A stretch of DNA of 64,000 bases, from NCBI GenBank assembly GCA_041659945.1, contig JBAZXH010000001.1, positions 425,292 to 489,291 on the forward strand, read 5' to 3'. Position 1 is the stretch's first letter. Every line of letters begins with the position of its first letter. Both the position numbers and the translations under genes were made by a program. This document shows positions 1 to 6,918 of the stretch, piece by piece. Below the pieces are notes generated by a model. It did not search any database. It was not told the origin of the DNA and worked only from the letters and a program-made list of their open reading frames with translations. This DNA comes from Candidatus Pacearchaeota archaeon. GTDB taxonomy: Archaea; Nanobdellota; Nanobdellia; Pacearchaeales; GW2011-AR1.

Positions 1-213
1 AGAAGAGGTGAAGAAGATTTTCTTGATGAAGGCGGTAACCATATAAAAAGAATAAATGGTTATTGTAAATTCCTTAATTTTAATAATGGAATTAGTTCTT
101 GTAGTATAGAGGATACTAAACCTGGAATTTGTAGAAAATTTCCATCTAAAAAATGGTCTATTTTTAAGACAGTTGATCCTAGGTGTCAGTCTTTTTGTAG
201 AAGATTGTGGTAG
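1..213 (+). CDS. Partial (5'-truncated) YkgJ/CxxCxxCC-family cysteine-cluster protein
   Basis: Frame 1 is open from the window edge to TAG at 211-213 and translates to ...YCKFLNFNNGISSCSIEDTKPGICRKFP..., matching the family pattern C-x-FL...C-x-I...P-x-x-C-R-x-F-P. Not in the ORF track. Confidence 0.7.
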   Translation, partial: RRGEEDFLDEGGNHIKRINGYCKFLNFNNGISSCSIEDTKPGICRKFPSKKWSIFKTVDPRCQSFCRRLW

Positions 214-265
214 GGTTTTTGGTTTAATGAGAAACACTTAAAAATCTATTTGTAGTGGTTAAATT

Positions 266-1984
266 ATGTTTATTGTAAAAAAGAATATTTCTGGTCATGA
301 ATACTTTTATATTCGAGAAAGTGTTCGTGATAAGGAAACTGGTAAGATTAAATCAAAAACTGTTTGTTATGCTGGTAAAAGTTTGGAAGATGCTAATAAA
401 AAGTTGCTTGAGTTAAAGGAAAAAGATATCACAATAAATGATATAAATGATGAAAATTCTCAAGAAAACATGACAAATGATACAAATGAGGAGGTTGAAA
501 GTCAGGAAACTAAGGACAAAAAAAAGTCTTTAACTATTGAGGAACTTTCGCAGTTTTGTAAGGCTAAAGGCTTTGTTTTTAGGTCTAGTGATATTTATGG
601 AGGTTTATCAGGATTTTGGGATTTTGGACCTCTTGGAGTTGAGTTATTTAATAATATTAAACAAGATTGGTGGAGTTATTTTGTTAAAAAAAGAGATAAT
701 ATGGTGGGAATTGAAGCAAGCATAATTTCTCATCCTAGAACTTGGAAAGCTTCGGGGCATATAGCAAACTTTAATGATGTGGCAGTTATATGTAAGAAAT
801 GTTCAAAGGCCACAAAGTTGGATAAGAGTGAAGTTGGCAGAGTTAGGTGTGATTGTGGAGGAGAATATGATGTTAAGGGAGAGTTTAGTTTGATGTTTAA
901 AACTTCTATTGGCGCATTAAATCCGGTGGATGCTTATTTGAGAGGAGAAACTGCTCAGGGAATGTTTTTAGATTTTAAACTTGTGCAACAAACTTCTCGT
1001 ATGCAGCTGCCATTTGGGATTGCCCAAATTGGAAGGTGTTTTAGAAATGAGATAGCTCCTAGAGATTTTTTATTTAGAAGTAGAGAGTTTAATATTGGTG
1101 AGTTTGAATTTTTTATTAATCCTCAGGAAAAAGAATGCAACCTCCTTGAAAATAAACATCTTCACTTGAAATTTAAAATTCTTGATGAGGAAACTCAAAA
1201 TGTTGGCAAAGATGATTTGAAAGAAGTTTTAATAAAAGACATTTTGACAAAGGGAAAATTAGAAGAGTGGCATGCTTATTGGTTAGCTGAGCAGATTTTA
1301 TGGTTAAGAGGTTTAGGACTAAATGAGATTAAAATAAGAGAACATAGAAAAGATGAACTTTCTCACTACAGCTCGGCTACATTTGATGTGGATTATGAAT
1401 ACCCTTTTGGTTCTAGTGAACTTGGAGGAATTGCAAACCGCGGCCAGTATGATTTGGGTCAACATCAAAAGGAAAGTGGTGAAAGTATGGAACTTTTTGA
1501 TGAAAAATATGGGAAAAAGGTTATTGCTAAGGTTATTGAACCGACATTTGGTATGGAAAGAGTCTTTTTAGCTATTTTAACTAAATCTTATCATTATGAT
1601 CCAAAAAGAGATTATGTTGTTATGAAAATTCCTGCTAAGCTTGCACCAATTAAGGCAGCAGTTTTTCCAATAGTCAAAACTCCTGAATATGAAAAGATAG
1701 CACGAGATATTGTTGATGATTTAAGAGAGGAGTTTAATGTGGTATATGACAAATCTGGGAGTATTGGTCGTCGCTATGCAAGAAATGATGAGATTGGGAC
1801 ACCTTTGTGTATAACAATTGATGAAGATAGCCCTAAAAATGATACTTGCACGATTAGAGATAGAGATTCTACTAAACAAGTTAGAGTAAAAATTTCTGAA
1901 TTAAGAGAGGTTGTTAGAAAAGTTATCAAAGGAGAGAGCATACTTAATCTTGGTAAGCTGGTTGAAACAAGAGTGAAAGAATAA
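266..1984 (+). CDS. glyS: Glycine--tRNA ligase (homodimeric alpha2 type) with an ~88-aa N-terminal extension
   Basis: Motifs IYGG..GFWDFGPLG, YLRGETAQG, FRNEIAPR..FRSREF, EPTFGMER; anticodon domain SIGRRYARNDEIGTP. Confidence 0.97.
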   Translation: MFIVKKNISGHEYFYIRESVRDKETGKIKSKTVCYAGKSLEDANKKLLELKEKDITINDINDENSQENMTNDTNEEVESQETKDKKKSLTIEELSQFCKAKGFVFRSSDIYGGLSGFWDFGPLGVELFNNIKQDWWSYFVKKRDNMVGIEASIISHPRTWKASGHIANFNDVAVICKKCSKATKLDKSEVGRVRCDCGGEYDVKGEFSLMFKTSIGALNPVDAYLRGETAQGMFLDFKLVQQTSRMQLPFGIAQIGRCFRNEIAPRDFLFRSREFNIGEFEFFINPQEKECNLLENKHLHLKFKILDEETQNVGKDDLKEVLIKDILTKGKLEEWHAYWLAEQILWLRGLGLNEIKIREHRKDELSHYSSATFDVDYEYPFGSSELGGIANRGQYDLGQHQKESGESMELFDEKYGKKVIAKVIEPTFGMERVFLAILTKSYHYDPKRDYVVMKIPAKLAPIKAAVFPIVKTPEYEKIARDIVDDLREEFNVVYDKSGSIGRRYARNDEIGTPLCITIDEDSPKNDTCTIRDRDSTKQVRVKISELREVVRKVIKGESILNLGKLVETRVKE

Positions 1985-2359
1985 AAAAATAGAATAAGAT
2001 TTCTTATAAAAAAATAAAAAGTAAAAAACAAAAGTTTTTTTTGTTAAAAATAAATCAATTTTGATTTTAGATCATGAATATGACTTATTCTTATAGTCTT
2101 TTCTTTTTCTTAGCCATTTTGGTTTTTATTAACCCTCCTTAAGTATAATAAGGATTGTATTTGTTATGATTTGATTATATGTTTTTGTATCCACTATAAT
2201 CTAATCTATGGTATTTGATAGTATATTTTGTTTATAAATCTTTCTAAAAAATTAAATTTTCTAAAAAATTAAATTTTTTTGTTTATTTTTTTTCGACGAG
2301 AAAATATTTTCTGATTTTTATGAATAATATTTTTTACTTTTTTTAACAAAAAATTGATA

Positions 2360-2464
2360 AAATGGACCTGCCGACTTAAAGAATTTTTCCACCCGAATGA
2401 ATTCTTAAGGTCGTCAGTTCCTATCAACTTCATTTCATTCAGTTGATTTAAATGGACCTGCCGA
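2360..2464 (-). repeat. 15-bp direct duplication of the tRNA-Ala 3' end enclosing a 75-bp hairpin insert
   Basis: AAATGGACCTGCCGA at 2360-2374 and 2450-2464; inverted repeats at 2364-2385/2400-2421 and 2423-2429/2441-2447. Confidence 0.85.
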
Positions 2465-2525
2465 GAATCGAACTCAGATCCCCCGACTGCCAGCCGGATA
2501 TAATAAACCGTTATACTACAGGCCC
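2453..2525 (-). tRNA. tRNA-Ala(GGC), no encoded CCA
   Basis: Reverse complement GGGCCTGTAGTATAACGG...TCCGG-CTGGCAG-TCGGG...CTGAG-TTCGATT-CTCGG-CAGGTCCA folds as a cloverleaf with the G3:U70 alanine determinant. Confidence 0.95.
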
Positions 2526-2526
2526 A

Positions 2527-3135
2527 CTAAACTTTTGAATTAATTGTTTTTATCTGACTATTTAAAGAAAGATCATTTTTTAAGAGTTTGTAATCGCTTT
2601 TGATTATTTTTGATTTACTCTTTTCTATGTTTACTAAGGTTATTTTGTCTTTTGTTGTTGCTGTTGCAAGTATTAGTATGAAAGAATGGATGGTTTTATT
2701 GTTCTTTTTTAGGTGTTCTAGAGAAACTGAATTTATCTTCTTTAGTTTAGCAGTTATGTTAAACTTATCTTTCATTATTCTTTTTACACTTTCTTCAATG
2801 GATTCTCCAACAAGAAGTCTGCCTCCGGGAAGGGAAAGCAGATCTTTGTAGGGACGTTTATTTCTTTTATAGAGAAATGTTTCTTTGTTATTTCCTATGT
2901 TTATTAGGATGGAACAGAGGGTTGTTTGTTTTTCTGAAAGATATGGAATTATTTTTTCTGATTTTTCACTTAAACTATAAATTTCTTTTTCTTTGATTAG
3001 TATGCCTTTCTTAATTAGATTTTGGATATGATATGCTAGTTTATTTGAACGAATCTTTAGTTTTTTCTCTATTTCGTTAAATTTTAGCTTGTGATTATAT
3101 AGATAAAGTTCGAGGATTTTTGTTTCTTCATTCAT
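2527..3135 (-). CDS. Winged-HTH + Nudix-like domain protein (probable regulator)
   Basis: N-terminal LKFNEIEKKLKIRSNKLAYHIQNLIKKGIL (wHTH); degenerate Nudix box LSLPGGRLLVGESIEESVKR. Confidence 0.75.
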   Translation of the reverse strand: MNEETKILELYLYNHKLKFNEIEKKLKIRSNKLAYHIQNLIKKGILIKEKEIYSLSEKSEKIIPYLSEKQTTLCSILINIGNNKETFLYKRNKRPYKDLLSLPGGRLLVGESIEESVKRIMKDKFNITAKLKKINSVSLEHLKKNNKTIHSFILILATATTKDKITLVNIEKSKSKIIKSDYKLLKNDLSLNSQIKTINSKV

Positions 3136-3196
3136 TTTGTTATTTAGTCAACTTTTTTGAGGAACTATTTAAATATAATTGTGCTATGATTTTTTT

Positions 3197-3709
3197 ATGA
3201 ATTACAGTAAAAATCACCTACATTATATTGTTGTAACGGGTATACTTGTTCACGAGGGGAAGTATTTAATTACTAAACGGGCTGATTGGGAAAAGGCATT
3301 TCCTGGAAGATGGACAGTGCCGGGAGGGAAGCTGGAAGTTCTTGATTATGTTCTGAGAGAAAAGGATACTCAACATCATTGGTATAATGTATTTGAAGAT
3401 CTCCTTAGGAGGGAAATTATGGAAGAGGCTGGGTTGGAAATAAAGAACATTGGATATGTGACTAGCATGGTTTACATTAGAGAAGATAAGATTCCGTGTT
3501 TGATTGTTAGTTTGTTTGCAGAACCAAAAGAAGATGAACCTGTTGTTAGACTGTGTAATGCCTTGACTGAATATGCTTGGGTGGATTTAGAGCAGGCTAA
3601 GGATTATGATCTAATTGACGGAATTTATGATGAGCTTGTTATTTTGGACAATTTTCTAAAGGGCAAGCAAAATATGGTTTGGGAAAGAAAGAACAAGAAG
3701 GTTAAATAG
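3197..3709 (+). CDS. Nudix hydrolase
   Basis: WTVPGGKLE...LRREIMEEAGL Nudix box with an insertion; start moved to ATG 3197. Confidence 0.85.
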   Translation: MNYSKNHLHYIVVTGILVHEGKYLITKRADWEKAFPGRWTVPGGKLEVLDYVLREKDTQHHWYNVFEDLLRREIMEEAGLEIKNIGYVTSMVYIREDKIPCLIVSLFAEPKEDEPVVRLCNALTEYAWVDLEQAKDYDLIDGIYDELVILDNFLKGKQNMVWERKNKKVK

Positions 3710-3750
3710 TATACAGTAAAAATTATAAACTCTTTTTTAAGTTTATAATC

Positions 3751-4104
3751 ATGGTTAATGATGATAACTGCGTGTTTTGTAAAATGATTAGAGGAGAAAT
3801 TTCTGTGAACTTTATTTATGAAAGTGATAATTTTCTTGCTTTTCCTGATGCAAACCCAAAGGTTGAGGGGCATACTTTACTTATTCCAAAAGACCATTTT
3901 GTTAATTTAATGGATTTACCTGAAAGTTTAGGAAGAGAATTACTTGAAGGAATTAAAGCTGTTGCAGAGATGAGATTAAAAGAGGGTTTTGGAGGTTTTA
4001 ATATTGTTTGTAATAATTTCTCTGCTGCTGGACAAATGGTGATGCATTCACATGTACATATTTTACCAAGAAAAAAGAATGATGGTTTTGATTTAGTTTT
4101 GTAA
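3751..4104 (+). CDS. hit: HIT family nucleotide hydrolase
   Basis: CVFC, GHTLLIPK, AGQMVMHSHVHILPR histidine triad. Confidence 0.93.
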   Translation: MVNDDNCVFCKMIRGEISVNFIYESDNFLAFPDANPKVEGHTLLIPKDHFVNLMDLPESLGRELLEGIKAVAEMRLKEGFGGFNIVCNNFSAAGQMVMHSHVHILPRKKNDGFDLVL

Positions 4105-4144
4105 TTTATGTAATATTTATATACTTATTTTTAATTTATTAAGT

Positions 4145-4708
4145 ATGGTGAAACAAATAAAGAATTTTTTGATTTACATTATTGTTGCACTGGTGTTTTT
4201 TGCAGTTATGGAATTTATGTTTTCAGTTCTTATAAGAGGAGATCTTTCTAACTTCTTTGGAAGTATTGTTTTTAATTTGGTTTTTGTTATTTTTGTGTTT
4301 TTTTCAAGTAAGCTTATTGACCTGGCTTTTAGAAAATCTTGGGTTGCAGATGTTGTGGTTTATTTTGTCTATGGTTTTGTCGGTTTGATGATTGAGTGGT
4401 TTATTATTGGTAATTCTCCGTGGCAAAATCCTCTTGCTAGTCAGGTTACAATGTTTTCATACTGGGCAGGTGCAATTATTATGGCAAGAATATTTACAGA
4501 TGACAGCAAGAAATTAAAAAGTCTAAAAAGGGGAACTTTATTGTTTTTTGTTCCCTATGCTTTTATTTCAATAGCTGCAGGATTTTTAATTGTAAACTAT
4601 GAATGGCGTTTTGCAGTGTTGATTTGGTTAGCTATTATTGGGTATGATTTAATGAATATTTTTTATCTTTGGTATTTTGTTAAGAAATATAGGGAGAAAA
4701 AAAGCTAA
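4145..4708 (+). CDS. Hypothetical integral membrane protein
   Basis: About six hydrophobic segments; TATA-like TTTATATA upstream. Confidence 0.7.
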   Translation: MVKQIKNFLIYIIVALVFFAVMEFMFSVLIRGDLSNFFGSIVFNLVFVIFVFFSSKLIDLAFRKSWVADVVVYFVYGFVGLMIEWFIIGNSPWQNPLASQVTMFSYWAGAIIMARIFTDDSKKLKSLKRGTLLFFVPYAFISIAAGFLIVNYEWRFAVLIWLAIIGYDLMNIFYLWYFVKKYREKKS

Positions 4709-4709
4709 A

Positions 4710-4781
4710 TGGCTATGAAGGGAATTGAACCCTCGACCTCTGCCTTATGAGAGCAGCGTTCTACCACTGAACTACATAGCC
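4710..4781 (-). tRNA. tRNA with CAT anticodon (elongator Met or Ile2; not initiator)
   Basis: Reverse complement GGCTATGTAGTTCAGTGGTAGAACG-CTGCT-CTCATAA-GGCAG-AGGTC-GAGGG-TTCAATT-CCCTT-CATAGCCA; G1-C72 and no GGG/CCC anticodon stem. Confidence 0.93.
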
Positions 4782-4854
4782 ATATAAAAACCAGATTTAC
4801 TTCATTTAAAAAGCTTCTCACAACGTTTTTAAATTCTGTTTATCTAATATTAAC

Positions 4855-5091
4855 ATGGCTGATTTAAATGGGGTGATATCTACTTTGCCAAGTGGCGTCA
4901 CTGGATTTGTTAATTGGGCAGTTATTGGTTTTAAGATTTTTCTAGGGTTAGTTGTGCTATATTTTGTATTTAAGCTGGTAGGTCTATTTTTAAATTATAG
5001 AAAGAATAGAATGATTAAAGAAGTTTTAACCAATGTTAAGGAGATTAATAGTAAGCTAGGGAAACGAAGTAAGGAAGATAAAAATAAGTAA
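4855..5091 (+). CDS. Small single-pass membrane protein
   Basis: One hydrophobic helix followed by a basic tail. Confidence 0.65.
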   Translation: MADLNGVISTLPSGVTGFVNWAVIGFKIFLGLVVLYFVFKLVGLFLNYRKNRMIKEVLTNVKEINSKLGKRSKEDKNK

Positions 5092-5092
5092 A

Positions 5093-5404
5093 TTATTTGC
5101 TTAAGGTTATTTCAATTGAAGAAACATTAATTTTTTCACCTTTATCATTTGTAAAGTCTTCTGTACCTATTTTAATGTCATTTTGCTTTACAAATTCTTC
5201 TTTTTCATTTATCCTTTTTCGGGTAACCTCTGCAATGTCCACGGCCTTGGATATAAATTTACCACGAGCTTTTATTAAAGCTGAACCATCTTGTTTTAGC
5301 TGCATTATTGATGCAATCACATATTTCATCAGAGGTTTATTACCTACTAATATTTCTCTTGGTTTGATTGTTTTAATTTCTTTAGAATCACTCTTTTTAC
5401 TCAT
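5093..5404 (-). CDS. albA: DNA/RNA-binding protein Alba
   Basis: ILVGNKPLMKYV, IKARGKFISKAVDIAE, VSSIEITL. Confidence 0.95.
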   Translation of the reverse strand: MSKKSDSKEIKTIKPREILVGNKPLMKYVIASIMQLKQDGSALIKARGKFISKAVDIAEVTRKRINEKEEFVKQNDIKIGTEDFTNDKGEKINVSSIEITLSK

Positions 5405-5615
5405 TTTGCTCTACTCTTTTTCTAGCTTTTGGTACTTGACCGGCTCTTTTTAATCTTACAATATACCCTGAGACTTTATTTCTAGTACCTTTATCAGGCA
5501 TTACATATTCTTCTAAAAATTTCTTGTTCTCATCAAAATTTGTTGAGCATCGAGAGTCGTCTCTAACAAGGCTTTTTGCTGTTCTTTTTATAAGGCCTGA
5601 CTTTATTCTTCCCAT
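5397..5615 (-). CDS. rps17e: 30S ribosomal protein S17e
   Basis: MGRIK..LIKRTA, FDENKK, RNKVSGYI; overlaps the alba start. Confidence 0.92.
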   Translation of the reverse strand: MGRIKSGLIKRTAKSLVRDDSRCSTNFDENKKFLEEYVMPDKGTRNKVSGYIVRLKRAGQVPKARKRVEQNE

Positions 5616-5719
5616 ATACAAGTTAAACAGGGTGCTTTTTTAAAGATTTCTGTTCTTTTTTATAAGTTTTATTTACTCCCAGGGACAACTTTTAAATAAG
5701 CAATTGGAGTGTTATATTC

Positions 5720-6304
5720 ATGGTAGCTAGAAAAAAAGCAAAATTGAAGACTAGAAAGGTCGTTGGAGAGAAAAATAGCCCTAGAAAAGAAAAGGTAAAA
5801 GCAGTTTTTAGTGGTGAAGAGGTTCTGAGTAGTGCAAAGGAAGCTAGGGATTTGTATAGCCAGAGTTATTTTGGAGAGTATATTAATGGGAAAATACACT
5901 ATGCTTTGGTTGAGGCTTTGTATTTAGTTGACCGTGAGAAGCTGGAAGTTTTTGTTAAAACTAAAAAGTTGAATTTTGATGGTTTGATGAATAAATGCAA
6001 GTCGCTTGATAGTAAAATTTTGATTAAGTTCTTAGTTTATAGGGATTTGAGAAATAGAGGATATTTATTGAAAACTGCTTTGAAGTTTGGTGCTGATTTT
6101 AGGGTTTATGAAAAAGGTTCAAAGATTGGTAAGGAACACTCAAAGTGGTTGCTGTATTGTGTTAGTGAAGCGGGTGAATTAACTTGGCATGATTTTTCTG
6201 CAAAAAATAGAGTTGCACATTCAACAAACAAGAATTTGCTGGTTTCAGTTGTGGATAATGAAGGCGGAATAACCTACTATGAGATTAGGTGGATTAGACC
6301 TTAG
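5720..6304 (+). CDS. endA: tRNA splicing endonuclease (single-unit type)
   Basis: LVEALYL, FLVYRDLRNRGY, ALKFGADFRVYE, HS, RVAHSTNK. Confidence 0.93.
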   Translation: MVARKKAKLKTRKVVGEKNSPRKEKVKAVFSGEEVLSSAKEARDLYSQSYFGEYINGKIHYALVEALYLVDREKLEVFVKTKKLNFDGLMNKCKSLDSKILIKFLVYRDLRNRGYLLKTALKFGADFRVYEKGSKIGKEHSKWLLYCVSEAGELTWHDFSAKNRVAHSTNKNLLVSVVDNEGGITYYEIRWIRP

Positions 6305-6351
6305 TTTTTTAGTATAATTAAATTTATATAATTCTTGTTTTACATTTTTTT

Positions 6352-6918
6352 ATGACGGATGAAATAGAAAGAAGAATAAGCCTTTTTGATCTTGATGGAA
6401 CCTTGTGTGATCATGATTTGGGTTTATTTACAGAATTAGAAAGACTTAGATCTTCTGATGAACCAGTTGTTCATTCAATTCGAGATAATGTTCCGGATTA
6501 TGTTAAAGCTAGAGCTGATTTAATAAGAGCCTCTGAAGATTGGTGGGCAAATCTTCCTAAATTTCAGTTAGGCTGGGATGTTTTAGGAGTTGCACGTGAA
6601 TTAGAATATAGAATAATGATTCTTACTCAAGGTCCTAGAAATAAACCTCTTGCTTGGTCTGGAAAGCTAAGATGGATTGATACTAACCTTGGTAAGAATG
6701 TTGACGTTACAATTACAAGAGATAAGGGTTTAGTTTATGGAAAGGTGCTTGTGGATGATTATCCCGGTTATGTTGAAAGCTGGTTAAGATGGAGAAAAAA
6801 TGGGTTAGTTATTATGCCGGCAAATGAAGAAAATCGTGGATATAAACATCCTCAAATTATAAGATATGATGGTACTAATTTAGATCAGGTAAGAGAAGCA
6901 ATGAGTAGGATAAAATAA
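6352..6918 (+). CDS. HAD-superfamily 5'(3')-deoxyribonucleotidase-like protein
   Basis: LFDLDGTL motif I, ILT motif II, K..W, DK..V.G.VLVDD motif IV. Confidence 0.8.
   Translation: MTDEIERRISLFDLDGTLCDHDLGLFTELERLRSSDEPVVHSIRDNVPDYVKARADLIRASEDWWANLPKFQLGWDVLGVARELEYRIMILTQGPRNKPLAWSGKLRWIDTNLGKNVDVTITRDKGLVYGKVLVDDYPGYVESWLRWRKNGLVIMPANEENRGYKHPQIIRYDGTNLDQVREAMSRIK

Noticed and set aside
4710..6304. Intron-containing or split tRNAs suggested by the nearby endA
   Set aside because: All three tRNAs fold as complete 72-73-nt cloverleaves with no bulge-helix-bulge interruption.
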